From: Macrostomum lignano
Lineage: Eukaryota
Length of the DNA stretch: 64,000 nucleotides
Direction of reading: 5' to 3'
Assembly (NCBI GenBank): GCA_002269645.1
Contig: NIVC01003519.1
Location: 29,601 to 93,600 of the forward strand
Shown: positions 49,077 to 62,484 of the stretch, one piece after another
How positions within the stretch are numbered: position 1 is the stretch's first letter
Layout of the letters: each line of letters begins with the position of its first letter
The notes under the pieces: generated by a model
The model's database searches: none
The model's input: the letters and a program-made list of their open reading frames with translations, nothing else
Told to the model about the DNA's origin: nothing
Position numbers and translations under genes: made by a program

Positions 49077-52000
49077 ATGACGGACAAAGACTTCAGGAGG
49101 CCAAGCGTCGCCTCCCTCAGCGAGTTGCGCAACCAACTGCCTGACGATCTTCGTCAGCAGCAGAACTCGCGACAGACCGCGTCGAGGCCAACCTACACGG
49201 AGGTGCAGCTGGAGGAGGTGCACCAAATCAAACTGGATGACGACGAGAAAATCCGACACAAGAAGCAGCTTATGGAAAATCGCAAGGCCGGCCCGAAAGA
49301 AGTCCGTAGCAAAGGCGCCGTGGCTTTGGGAATATTGAGTAAAATATTCCCCGTAATTAAGGTCTTCGTCAACTACAAAGTCAAAGAGTACGCGGTGTAC
49401 GATCTCCTGTCAGGAATTAGTGTGGGAATGTTTATCATTCCTCAAGGTGAGCGGGGTTACTACGGTTTCTAATAGCTAATGTATTCACAGATGCCACTAT
49501 TTACTGTCGTCATTGACAACTGACGTAGAAGGATGCTAACACGTTCAATTTCTTAGAAATCTGCACTGGAAAAATCTGATTTCTTAGCGTCCTTCTTTAT
49601 CGGTCTTCAGTTAATACTAACACCACCATCACCTATTTCAGCCATCGCTTTTTTCCCTGCTGGCCCAGGTGAAGCCTCAATACGGTTTTTATTCCGCTTT
49701 CTTTGCCATGCTGATTTACTTTATTTTCGGCACCTCAAATCATCTGAATATGTGTAAGTTTGACGCCTGCTATTTCAATTTTTATATGCTCTTGGAGATA
49801 GAAATCTGACAAGGAAGCTGCGTGTACTATCGATTGGTGACTTCTCTGCTTTTCAAGTCTCCGTGTCTGTCACTCGTTTAACAGGTGACTTCTCTGTATC
49901 TAACAGGTGACTCCTCTATCTAACAGCTGACCCATCTGTGTCTAACAGGTGACTCCTCTGTGTCTAACAACTGACCCCTCTGTGTCTAACAGGTGACTTC
50001 TCTGTGTCTAACAGAGTGACTCATCTGTGTCGAACAGTTGACTCATCTGTGTCTAACAGGCGACTCCTCTGTGTCTAACAGGTGACTCCTCTGTGTCTAA
50101 CAAGTGACTCCTCTGTGTCTAACAAGTGACTCATCTGTGTCGAACAGTTGACTCATCTGTGTCTAACAGGCGACTCCTCTGTGTCTAACAGGTGACTCCT
50201 CTGTGTCTAACAAGTGACTCCTATATCGGGTGACTCTCAATTTAATGAGTGATTGAAAAAAACCAAAAACGTCTGCTCACCGCCAACCAACCCCCAATTC
50301 AGCCAGTCAAGGTGCCGTTTCGCTCCTGGTCGGCGAAGCTGTGCTGGCTGGCGTGGAACAGGTGCACCCTAACGGGGCCGGGATCTGCGTCGAGCCTAAC
50401 GACACCATCACCACTTTGGGGCCGAATCTGAACTTCACTGATCTAACGACTGAGATGACGACAACTTTGCTGACGACTACAATGGATATGATTGGAATTA
50501 ACAGCACCGCTAGTAAGGAAAATTCCTGTCTGGGTTGGGTCAGATATGCCTCAGATAGAAAGTAATAAAAATTGCTACTTACCCAAATTGAAACTGGTTC
50601 TTAAAGAAAAATTATTTTGTCGTCAATCCCAGACCCAGACATGTGCATCCCCCGAGCTGACGCCAACACTCTGGTCTCAATATCCATCACCATGGTGGCC
50701 GGAGCTGTCCAATTGCTGCTCGGATTGCTGCAGTTCGGCTTTCTCACCATCTACCTGTCCGATCCGTTGAACAGCGCGTTCACCTGCGGGGCCGCTCTGC
50801 ACATCTTAAGCAGTCAATTGGCCAACATGCTCGGCACGACTCTCCCGCCAATCTCGGGTGTTGGAAAATTCTTCGTGGTGAGTCACGTTTGAATTGGTTT
50901 TGGCTGCTAGGATATAGCTCGTAGAGCTGGGCAACTTGAGCAGTTTGCTCTTATGTCGGTCAGTGTACATTGGCAAATTCTCTTAGCTGTCAATGCACCG
51001 CGTCCCTATTTGGTTTATGATAATCTAAGAAGACAACCAATTAGTTATTTGTCCGGCCCTTTGCTTCGTTTCAGTACTTTGTAGAGGCGTTCAAACAGAT
51101 TTCTGCCGGAAACGTAAACGTGGCATCGATCATAGTATGTCTGGTATCTTTCGCTGTGCTGCTAGCTGTCAAGATAATTAACGAAAAATGCTCAAAGTAC
51201 GTCAAGATTCCTATTCCAATCGACATTATTGTGGTGAGTTTTGCCAACATTTTCTTATTTTTACACAAGGAATTCTTAACACGTCATAAATTTTCTATAT
51301 GGTCAAGAAAATACTTGACGCTCGTAGGTTGCCAGAGATTAGATTAATTCTATGAATACCAAGGACATCTTAAAGAAGTCAAGGTCGTCTTTTGATGTCA
51401 AAAAATGTCTTAAGATGTTAAGGACGTCGTAGGATATCGTCTTAGGATGTTAGGGACATATTAGGCTATCAAAAATTTCAAGGTCTTAGGATGTCAAGAG
51501 TGTATTAGGGTGTCAAGGATGTCTTAGGAGTTCAAGGATGTGTTAGGATGTCAAGAATGTTTTAGGAATTCAGGGATGTCAAGATGTTTTAGAATGTCAA
51601 GAATGTCCAGGATATCTTAGGATGTCAAGGATGTCAAGGATGTCTTAGGATATCAAGGATGTCTTGGGGTCGCAAGGACAAAGATGTTAAGGATATCTTA
51701 GGATGTCAAAGATGTTTTAGGACATCATCAAGAGTGTATAAAACGACTTTAAAGACACATAATCATTTCGATCGAAAACGTTTCACTGTGGTAAAACATT
51801 TAAAAACATGATCCACTTGCTTCTCAAAACGCTAATTAAGCTTGTGACGAGTTTGCTGCTGTCACAGTTTCTGAACTGGGAAACCGAGCTAGATATTTCA
51901 ACTGTCGGAGCCATTGAGAGAGGGTGAGCGACTTCTTTGAATGTTTTTACTGTAATGCTCCATCAAGGCGCATTTACAATAGCTTGAAGTTCCTACTTAA

Positions 52001-55000
52001 AACGAACCTTCAGATTCCGGGCACCTACCGCTCCCCCCGTTGAGCACTTCACCAGCGGAACTGGGATCATAATTAACGGCTTGGTACTCGGTATTATATC
52101 GTACTCGCTCTCCGTCTCTGTCGCCAAAACTTTCGCCGTTCGATACGGCTACGAAGTGGACTCCAACCAGGAGATGATCGCCTACGGCGCTGTGAATTTT
52201 GGCATGAGCTGGTTCAGCACCTTCGTGTCCGCTTCGTCTATCGCTTGTACGTCGCTGCACGAGTCTATGCGAGGCAAAACTCTGGTAAGTGCAGTATACG
52301 AATAACGAATAACGGTGTTGTAACGGGTCTTGTAACTTTAAACTGCCGCGTGGAGCTGAGCCAATTAGCCCCGCCGATAATATTTTTGTAGTCCCTCTCT
52401 AGATGAGAGAAATCCTTGGAACCTTTACTGCAGAATAACCACCAGAATAACATCTGAGTATAGTTTTTTGAAAATATAGGCCTGTCTGCTGAATTTTCTA
52501 GATAACATCTACAATAAAATACATGAAATGTACAGTATAATGTACAGTAGAGTCTTCTTACAAAGACAAAACGCTGCCTTCTAAGAAAGTAAACGCTTGC
52601 GTAGCCGTGTTAAAGTGGCAGCGATAGTCTATGGCCAGGCTTATGGCCAGCCATGGTTAAAACAAATCGAATAATCAATTCAATAATAAATCATAAGTGA
52701 GAGAGTCGCTCGTTTCATTGTCAAAAATCAGCCTTTAGGATAATGCAATCGTCTATGGTTAAACCATGAGCACATTTATTTATTTTTTCACTTAAACTTC
52801 AGGATAATGATTTCAAACTCGGGATAATGGACACCTATTTTTAGAACAAAACAGCAAACACCAACAACAAAAGATTAGCGCTATGGAAAGTTAATTGTGC
52901 AGTATCAATATGGCGCAATTGTCATAGTGCCGAAGACCATTACAGATTGCAATTGTTGAAAGTGCAGTTGTTCATAATAAAGATATTCCGACCGTTCATC
53001 TGACGACCATCAGACACGCTCACTGCTTCTTGCACGATGGAACTTTGGATGCTGATGTCAGCAGGCATTGTTACTTGACCGTGGGTCGCGGCGCTTTGTC
53101 CCATGTTCAACGCACGCGACACTGCATCGCTGCATTGTTGCAGGGACTTGTCCCGTTTAACTGCCAGGTAGCGCCGGACCGTGCTCTCGGACTTTTGACC
53201 CGTGATAGCCATGATCTCGCTCATCGAATTCCCAGCCGATTCCAGGTCTCAAGAAAGTGCAAGAAGTTCAAAAAGTCTTCGTTATCCTTCATGTCCTTCT
53301 GAGATGTGGAAAGTCTTGAGATCCAATTGAGTTTGCTGCTAGATACGTTGGCTAAACTTTCGACAGGCAGATTGCCCCAGTTGATCGGATATGACGTCTG
53401 GTTCTCCATGGCCAAGCGAATGTAGCTATTTACGTTTTATTCTCTCTTTCTCTCCACATCTCCTTCCTTTCCACCCTCCTAACCCCCAGCCTGTTTGCAA
53501 CTTCGTTGTCTATGGCCCAAACTCCAGTAAACCACCTCAGTCTTTATGTCTCTCTCTCCTCGGTAACCCCTCTCTCCTTTCGATGCCCTTTTTGTCTATG
53601 GCCCCACTGAAATTCGACAATGCGGTTACGCGCACGAGTGAGCATAGGACTATTATCCTAAAGTCTCACTTACGAATAACCAACCAATGTTGTATCTTGT
53701 ACTCAATTGTACTCAGTTATGAGGATCCGTGCAGAGAAATAGATGCCTGAGAACCTAACGGCACAGAGATTTTACAGACCTAGCAAGCAAAAAGTCAAAG
53801 CGCTCTACACATGTGTGTTTATGGGTCAGCGAAATGCGTATAACTACACTCGAACTTGCTTAATCATGGGTTTATTAATAATCAAGTAATATTATATCGT
53901 AATTGGAACAACGCTTTTAATGAATCATCTGCACTTTTTAACGATAAGTAGTTTAATCATATATCTTTTAAATATATGCGCCCACTTCCAGCTCTACTCG
54001 CTCTATGCAACGATAATCACCTTAGTTGGAATTCTGACTTTCGCCCCGGTGTTCGCCCCGGTTCCAAAGGTAAGCTATTGAGATGTAAGCTGCAATGTAC
54101 TCAGCAAACAATTGATTTCTGTTTTCTTATTCTAGTGCGTCTTGTCTGCTATCATTTTGGTCAATCTGAAGAACATGATGATGCAAGTTGAACAGCTGCC
54201 AGGGCTCTGGAGAACTAATCGATACGATTTTGTGAGTTTTTTTTGTACTTTTTGTTCGAATTTTTAGAACAGGTAATGTTTAGTCCAATGTCGAGAATAT
54301 CGCCTTAGCGTTTGAGGATATCAGATCGGTAGCAACACCATTGTATTCCGGTTCAGTTCTATGAGAGCCAACCCCGAAGGCGTAGACTCACAGGGGTCGG
54401 CAAACTCCCGCACATGCGGCCCGTAAAGCCTCTATCCTTTGAGACTTAAGAACAGCTTGTGCCTCTTCTCAGCTCTCTTCTCCCCTCTTCTGTTTTCTCT
54501 TCGCTCCTCTCGTCTTCTCTCCTCGCCTCTCCTTTTTTCTCTCCTCTTTTCTCTACTCTACTCTCTTCTCTTTCCTCTTCTCTCCTCTCCTCTCGTCTTC
54601 TCTATTCTCCTTCAATACCCCACCACTCCTTTCTCCTAAATCTCTTATCTCTTCTCTGTTTCCCCTCTTTCTCCTCTCCCTTTTCTGGCCCGCAGTCAAG
54701 CACTAGGTTCTCTATTAGGCCCCTGATGTAAAAAGGTACTCGTACTTTCTACGATGAACAAGTCAATACAGCTGTACACCCTATGGGAGCGTGTGTCCGC
54801 GTGTTTATCTGTGTAAGCGTGTTGGCGTGCAAGCCTGGGTCATCGGAATGGGCATAAGTTTTAATTAGCCGTTATTCGAAGCAGGGGCCGCAAACCCTCT
54901 GCAAACCAACTACACCAAGCCAACCACACCAAGTATTAGAAAATTACACCTGTAGTACGATTTTCAATTTCGACATTCAGGCAATCTGGTTGGTGACTCT

Positions 55001-57990
55001 GGCAGCCATTCTGGGCATCGACCTCCCGATTGGCCTACTCGTTGGCGTCATCTTCTCCCTGGCAACTGTCATTTTCCGATCGCAAGCGCCTAAAGCTTAT
55101 CTACTGGGTCGGGTGCCAGAGACCGACATCTACAAGAACGTAAAGAAGATTAAAGGAGTAAGTTGACTTTCAACTATTTTTGAGTAATTTTTCAACTATG
55201 GGTCGTGGCCTTTTAAAAAATTAAAGACGCTAACTTAGCGAGGAATATGTTTTACTTTTTATCTTCATATTTTAGTAGTTATGATACATTTAAGCCCTCT
55301 CAAAAAATTAGGTGTTTACTCCAAAGCGCTCCTGATGACAGTGCTAAAAGGATGCCAGAGACAATTTAATTAGCAAGTTTTAAACAGAAGAGCCGTTGCT
55401 AAAACCTTGCATTTCTGACACAAAAAAATTGATAAATGCCTTCATTGATCATCCTGCATCTTCCCCAAAGAGGGGTAAATGGGATCCAATGTGAAATTAA
55501 GGCTCTTTGTCTTTAATACGCAAATAAAAATCCAAACACTCGACCCAAAAACCTCTTCCAGGCCGAGGAAATCGAAGGCGTTCGAGTGTTCAAATTCGAT
55601 GGCGCGCTGTACTTTGCCAGCGCAGAAAATTTCCGAACCCGTCTGTTCCGTCAGGTGGCGATGAACCCGAAGAAGATTCTGGCCAAAGCCAAAGCGCACG
55701 CCAAGAAGACGGGAGCACTTGCCAGCAACTTGGACATCCGCACGGAAGTTATGGACAAAGAAGAGATCAAGGAGCAGCTTGAGATTGTCAAAGCCGAAGG
55801 AAGTCATCCAGTGAGCATAAATAAATTTAATAGCACAATAATATGATAAATAAATTCACCGTTTTGTAAGCCAACCCCACCAAAAAGTGTCAATGGGTTA
55901 TACTCTTTGTAAGCGTGTGCCAGATATCTGTAGTAATATCTGTAGAGACAACGCATGAATCACCGGAGTAAAATTTTGCAGGACGACAGAGCTCGACAGC
56001 TAGCACAAGCATCCATGGACGAACTAAATCGAAGCAACAACAGCCAGACGGACTTGGATGACTACGACGACAAAGACGATGTCAATGGGCCTGTGGTGAA
56101 CGTGTTCTGCATCATCTTAGACCTGTCCGCTTGCGCGTTCACCGACGCAGTTGGTATTCGGCTACTGAGTCAGATTGTTGAAGACTTCAATAAAATCGGC
56201 GTGGAGATTTATTTAGCCAACTGCACATCCTTGGTCAGATCGCAGCTACGCAAAGCGAACTTCTTTGCTAAGCGAAGCGAAGAGAATGGCGTGTTTGTGA
56301 CTGTTCACGACGCTGTCCTTCACGCGCTGTCCACACTTTACCAGGAGCTGCTTGAGGTAAGCATTAGATAGGATTGGAATCGAGGTAAAACTTATAGCAA
56401 TAATTTTAAACGTTAACCTTTTTTTCTGGCGTAAAGGTGGAATTTTCATTTGTAGAAACTCCATAATTTTGTTTATTCTATTTAAGTCAAAATGAATACG
56501 ATCCATGTTGTGACCTGCAACGTCTCGGAAATGAAAATAAAATTTACGATTGTTAAGGAATACGAGGCAACCTATGCTAAAATATGCATCAATACGTAGG
56601 CCAATAGGCGCATCAGTGCGTGTAAGTATGCCAACATAAAAAGGAACTTGTTAGAAAACTTTATAACGAGAAACTGTCACATTTGTAACATTTTATCAGG
56701 ACGAGAACGAGTCAGAATCGGACTTCGAAGCCAGAGACCACATGGAGACTGTGCCTGCGCCCCAGTAAGCTTTTTGGCGAAAATTTAACACTTCTATATT
56801 TTGTATCCTGTTAGGAAGTCGGCGTGCTAGCTGACAGCTGACTCGATGCCATTGAGGAGGCAAGTAGCTCATAGTTGCGAGTATAACCCTTGAGCACGCT
56901 CACGCAGGCTCCGAATTACACAGTTGATCTGGCCCCTCCATTGCAGTCTGTCGCATCACCACGCCAACAAGAAGCTCTCTACCGGCAGCGATGAAGCGGC
57001 CAGAGAGCTGCGCCGACAGTCTCGCAAGGTTAGCAGGCAGCAGGCGATGTCGGCTCATTCAGACGACTTAAGCGGCGGTGCGGCTTTGTCTTCAGCGTCC
57101 AGCTCGAGCAGGAGGATCAGCCAGCGAGCTGAGCACGCCGACCGGATTAACGAGGAGCGCGAGCAACAGCAACAGCAGACGTCGACGAAGAATCGCTACC
57201 AGCCCGACGAGGCGAAACCGCTGCCCGTTTTCGATGAGGCACGGGATGCTGGACAAGCTTCTACATCGTCGCGCGGTGTTGCAGACGTTCTGGTTTGTGT
57301 TTTCATCAGCTTATTTTAGCGCAAGAGTTTATACTTGATAAAAATGAAGATTATCGTCTTGATGAAGCACAATTGCCTAAAAGCTGTTTCACCTTACAGT
57401 TTGACAACAGGTTCATAAAAATATGATTTCTTAGACACTCGTAGCAGCTAGTACGATAACAGTGGAAAAATCATAAAATTTAAATTCTCGATCTTCGGAG
57501 TCCTATAGCAACCGTTTTCGATACTCTAGAACACTGTTATTCAGTTATTCAGAGTTCTGCAGAAACTTATCGTCACTATCCTACAGAATCCATATTTAGT
57601 GCCTTATCGCACCTATATTCAGTGACCTACAGGATCGCTCTTTAGCGCTCTACAATTCCCAACTTCTGTGCTCTACAGAACCAATCATCAGTGCCCTACC
57701 ACAAAAACGTTTAGTTCCCGATCAGTAATCGAGTTTCACTGTTAGACGCCTTGCAGAACCCCTCTAAAGTAGACTCTAGCACTAATCTAAATTAACCATA
57801 AGTATCTTTACAGTGCATATTAAAAATGAAAATTGAAAACCCGAATTTTCAGGTGCACGAAGACGAAGAATCCCGGCGCGAACGGGAGGAAATGGACTTG
57901 AACTTTGCCGAGATGCTGAAAAGCCTACCAGACACGGACGATGACGACGCTGGGGAGGACAACGCCGGCTTCCAGGACTCCGCGCTTTGA
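49077..57990 (+). CDS. SLC26: SLC26 anion transporter with STAS domain, paralog B (~990 aa; apparent +1 frameshift in exon 2)
   Basis: 15 exons: 49077-49446, 49642-49753, 50303-50512, 50633-50877, 51075-51233, 51841-51923, 52014-52284, 53992-54069, 54136-54231, 54981-55157, 55562-55810, 55982-56356, 56700-56764, 56947-57292, 57853-57990. Seven consecutive exons (159, 83, 271, 78, 96, 177, 249 nt) and a 65-nt exon match paralog A exactly in length. Exon 2 is 112 nt vs 111 nt. Ends DSAL. Confidence 0.92.
49870..50222. repeat. 22-bp minisatellite (TGTGTCTAACAGGTGACTCCTC), same family as 205-900
   Basis: Reverse complement of the array at the window start; intron 2 of SLC26 paralog B. Confidence 0.93.
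51360..51720. repeat. Degenerate GATGTCTTAG/GATGTCAAG repeat
   Basis: Intron 5 of SLC26 paralog B. Confidence 0.75.
52940..53415 (-). pseudogene. Degenerate Crypton-like tyrosine-recombinase C-terminal catalytic fragment
   Basis: EIMAITGQKSESTVRRYL matches the IMxxTGHxSxxSLxxY box (His replaced by Gln, Tyr kept). Upstream, broken frames give KLNWISRLS and ITKTF*TSC, a plausibly decayed NHSLR box with CGA>TGA. Lies in intron 7 of SLC26 paralog B. Confidence 0.65.
54391..54725. mobile_element. hAT-like MITE remnant with internal CT-rich tract, apparently inserted into a SINE-like sequence
   Basis: Starts CAGGGGTCGGCAAACT...CGGCCCG and ends GGCCCCTG; no 8-bp TSD found. Flanks (54345-54390, 54745-54930) resemble consecutive parts of the SINE at 61833. 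Confidence 0.5.
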
Positions 57991-58177
57991 AACGGATTTT
58001 GTTTTAAACTTTTTATTGCACTTTTTGTTCGTTTTGCTAATTTAACAACACAATTAGGATTAAAAGTTGTACCCTCCTTCGGCACCCCTCCGTGTACATT
58101 AGATAAATTTGAAAGTGATATGATCGACAAACACAAGCATCTTCTACCAGTTCGGATCTAAACTATTTTAGAATATA

Positions 58178-58896
58178 GTCTTTTGCAGCCCATTTGAGCC
58201 TACGTGCATTGAATTTAATCCAAGATACGTTTGCCAATGCAACGGAGCTTTTGTCTATGGTGGCAAGGCTGGCACAGCGGCATTTGCATCAATTTGGTCC
58301 AAACGTTCGTGAGCCATTCGGCAAACTTTTGCCTCTGTGGGTTGATGCGTACCGCTGAAATGTCAGCGTCTCTACCAACAATTTCCAGTCGATTTTCCAG
58401 AGCTCTTCTGACAGCCGAAATCTGATAACTAACTGGAACTGTTCCTTCAACTTTCGCTGCTTTTTCTGCACCGTCAACAAAGGGTTCGTCTCAACTGCAT
58501 CGAGTAGCAGTTGGATCTGAGGTTCTCGAGCAACTTGCCTTGGCAATTACTCATACCACCCTTTCGCAGGCAGTCACTGCCGGCAGAGTTTCAACGCGCT
58601 GATGGATGCTATAAAACATCATTTTTTTACATTCAGCAACCTTGCAGTGTCCTTTGAGTGTTCACCTCTGTTGAATGTTTCGATCACAAGCCAATGGCAT
58701 TCGTTCGACAGCCTAGCATATGGTCCACAATTCTGGGGCTGATCTTGCTCCTCCGAAACAGTTGCAAATGAAGCTATGGACCAAATTAAGTGCCGCTGTG
58801 CCAGCCTTGATGCCGTAGACAGGGGCTCCGTTGCATTGGCGGACCTATCTTGGATTAAATTGAATGCGCGTGGGCCCAAATGGGCTGCAAAAAGCC
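58178..58896. mobile_element. PIF/Harbinger-like non-autonomous element (~120-bp imperfect TIRs)
   Basis: TTTTGCAGCCCATTTG..AATTTAATCCAAGATA..GCCAATGCAACGGAGC..AAGGCTGGCACAGCGGCA..AATTTGGTCC at ~58181-58300 is mirrored at ~58775-58893. Termini G(T/G)CTTTT; 3-bp ATA on both flanks. Confidence 0.7.
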
Positions 58897-60997
58897 ATAT
58901 TAATTAAAAACGGCAATTTACTTTTAAAAAGTGTGACTTAAGCTAGCTACTTATCTAGCAAAAAAATAAATATTCAAAACAATTACTTTGATTTTCCTGA
59001 TAACATTTCGCTGCGCGAAGTTTTACGAGCTATTTCGTCAATTTACGCATAACCATAATGTTTTACTAACTTGACATAACATTTTCAAAAAAAATGTTGA
59101 CCTATATTTTATGTCACTTGTCATCTCCTGGGCATCATTATTAACCTATAGTTTTAGCCATCAATAATTTTGATTGACACGAGTGTAATATTTTTGTCAA
59201 AATAAATTTTTACTGGTTGGAAGCCGTTCTTACTTCCAATCGAAAACGCTACGAACTTGATCTATTGCTATCAGAACAGTTGTGTCGCCAATTTATTAAG
59301 ATAAAGCGCTTTATTTCTTAAAGTGCGTTGTACCTTAGGTAGATATGAACAATAGACAGCGGCGCCCACCTAGCCAGTAAATAATTGACACCCATTAAAA
59401 TTGCGACCGTCTCCGAATAAAATTCCTGCGTAAAATACTGCTCTCTGTGACCCCAAAAATGGATCGGAGGCTTTAAAGTATTAAAACTGTGAAACGTGAA
59501 TTAACTTGAAATTCTAGTTTCATAATCCCATTCAGTTGTCGTACAAGTGCAAATTAATGCTTTTTAATGCCATTCATAGATGACAAATTAACAGTATATA
59601 TTTGTAGGCGAATATGTGCGCATACAATCAGTGGTTCGACGTGTTTCGTAAAAAATATAAAAATGTATTTTCGAGCGTACTGGTGAATTTACGATTGGTC
59701 AGTAGTTGAGTTGAGTCTAACCTGGCGCACGTTATGCCTCAGCTGGGGAGGCGTAAGCGATAGGATTCGGTTAGAAATATTTGTCAGATTTATGAAAAGC
59801 GCGTTAAAGAACCTTCCATGCATTGCTAAAACTTTGCATGGGCAGGCGAAAGGTAAAAGAATAACTTACAAACAGTAGCTATTAACAGGACAAACTTTAA
59901 ATAATGAACAAGTTGAAGCGAGTCTAAAACTTATTCTTGTTAGGTTGAGGTTAGTGCAAGAAGTTGAGCTACTACTGAATTAAAATTTTGCCTGACTTGG
60001 CTCTAACTCATAGAAAAAATAAGGAACCCACTCGTATGTTGCTCAAAAATCGAAATAAACAAGTTAAAAATGTACGCAAAGACAAGAGCACTATTGAGAC
60101 ACACAATTAAATTTTAAAAAACTGATAGACCGATCTCTGAAACTGAGCATCTTGTCAAATGAAATTAAATTCAGAATCTAAAATCTCTACTACTTAATAA
60201 TAAATTTGCTTGAAACATTCAAATTACGCAATAAAAGCCATGCAAAAGCGTTGCAACGTACTGAGGCGCTGGTTTTGAAGCTAATAAATAAATCATCCAT
60301 CAATAAATAGTTTGAGAATATCATATACGGAGGCATTGATTTGACTAGGATCACGGCAGATACGTGCTCGATTGCGCTCGTTTCAGGTGCAAAATGGTAA
60401 AAAATCGTAACGCAGAAAAAAGACATCTTTTTAGTTATAATTGGAGACTGGCCAGGAGGGGCAAACAAAAACAAAAATGCATCACAGTCTGTTTGCTTTT
60501 ACCCAAAGGCGCGCAAATTGAATTTATGTTACCCTTCAAACTAAGCAAGGTTAAGTATACTCGTATTGAAGAAATTTATGGTTAAAAATCGAAATTTTAC
60601 AGCATGTCGCGGGTCAAATTGAAATAGGTCAAATTATTTATGAGCATTTTTAGTCGAAATTTAAGTTTAAAAAATTTGCTACATACTGTTTTGTTGAAAC
60701 TTTCATGCAATTTTTTTTCTTTTAGCATTGACAAATGAAACCTTCCAGATTAGAAAAAAACATTTGCAAGACAGACTTAGGCAATTGACTTCATCTAAGA
60801 TATAGCAAATCGATACTTTTCGAGAGAGGATAAAACTAGGATAATTTATTATCTAAACTGAAACTAACTCCCTCCAACCTCCCAACTGTAACCTTTCATT
60901 TGTCATCACTGTTTAACTAGTGCCCAATTTTTATCGCGAATAGCCAACCTTTTAGATCTGACCTACCCTTCGTAGAAATCGCATCCCAATCACAGCG

Positions 60998-62484
60998 TCA
61001 CACAATCAACTCTTCCATCAGGAAGGCGGCATTTTCGGAGTCTTCAACTTTCTCGCTATTGTCCGCAGCCGACTTTCGATTAGCGATAGTAACGGCGGTG
61101 GCATTCGACGATGTTGCCGCTGTGTTCGCCGAAACGCCTCCGCCGACGTCGCTTCCAGCGTCGCTTGGCTCAATGCTGGCCAACTCGACGTGCAGCGGAC
61201 TGTCAACTCGACGATGCCGTCCGCTGCTATGCCGAGCAAACTTGAAGAAGCCGCCTCCGCCGCTGGACCCTTTGCTTCGCTGATTGCGATCTTCCGACAA
61301 TCGACCCTCCGGTATCGGCGATGGCAGGCCGTGAACTCCCGATGCCGCCGCTTGCGAGGACGTATCGCTGGAGTCGAGGCTGCTGCCGGCGCCGTGCGAT
61401 GACGATTTCTGCGATCGGCGTTGACTGCGCTGCTGACGACCGCGCCACGATTTGAATGTCTTGCGAGATCTGTCGCGGTTTGTTGATAACCGAATATTTA
61501 AAAATACTCAGAATGAAGTTCTTGAAGTTCTATTGCGTAGCAAGAAATATTTGTTATACAAATACCCCTCACGGAAATCCCTTAATCTCCTGAGTGCAAG
61601 TATTCTGTATTGCTAAAAAGTCTACATAAAGGCTTACAGTAAGATAACGATGTACTTTGAAAGATAAATATATATTTATCGGACCCATTAGACATTATTC
61701 TAGTGTCGTCATTTGTAAGATATATTAGATATATGATGTCATCTATTGTATTAGTGACTACGTTTCTTAATATCACGGAAGCTGTCCCGCAAAAAACGAG
61801 CGCTATCTCTTTGAAAAGCAACGCGATTTGTCAGGGGGGCCGTAGCCCAGCGGTAGCGCAGCTGCTCTGGTGTGCAAGCGACCCAGCCTCGATTCCAAGT
61901 GCAGTCACATTAATTTGGGGCTGAATTGGAATCTCGGCTTGGCTCTGCTCGTGCAATTAACGGCCTTGAGAGCCAACCCCCCAAGGCGCAGTGAAGTGTA
62001 CATGCCTAACGATAATATAAAGTTAGGGCCGCTGTACACTCCTGTGTGAGTGTGTGCCTGCGTACGTATCCGCGCGCTTGTATGCCTGCTCAGGGGAGTC
62101 GGCGGAATGGGTAGTAATGCCTCTCGCCGGTTGTGTGCCTATGTCGCTTAAAGTGCGCCAGCCAGGGTGCACACAACCCCCTGCCTCTAATAAAAAAAGC
62201 GATTTGTCGGCTCAAGTTTGACCGTGTCATCATTAGATAATCTTAGGAAACCATATCGCAAATCTACCTGTTATACTAACAGAAAAACAAGAGGAAATGT
62301 GTAAAAAGCGTATGCAAATAGCTGCAATACTTATTTATTATACAGTCACTACATAAATTTAAACTATGAGAAACTCACTTGGCGTCGTTTCGATGAATTC
62401 TAGATAAGTCGTCCTCTGTCTCGGTGACCAATTCGCATTCCTCGTCTAGTGTTCCCTGACTGGGTAAGCTGTCGACTGAGGGAA
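60998..62484 (-). CDS. 3' exons of an unidentified gene (Ser/Gly/Arg-rich low-complexity C-terminus); 5' part not resolved
   Basis: Exons 62484-62379 (PSVDSLPSQGTLDEECELVTETEDDLSRIHRNDA) and 61469-60998 (KSRKTFKSWRGRQQ...ENAAFLMEELIV*) join in phase, with good splice sites and GC-rich coding composition. A 27-nt phase-1 microexon (63648-63622, FWLHALRT) may precede them. Confidence 0.6.
61833..62198 (+). mobile_element. tRNA-derived SINE, family B, with TSD and A-tail
   Basis: Head GGGGGGCCGTAGCCCAGCGGTAGCGC (A box), degenerate B box CCTCGATTCC, 3' AATAAAAAAA, and a 10-bp direct repeat GCGATTTGTC at 61823-61832 and 62199-62208. Confidence 0.8.
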
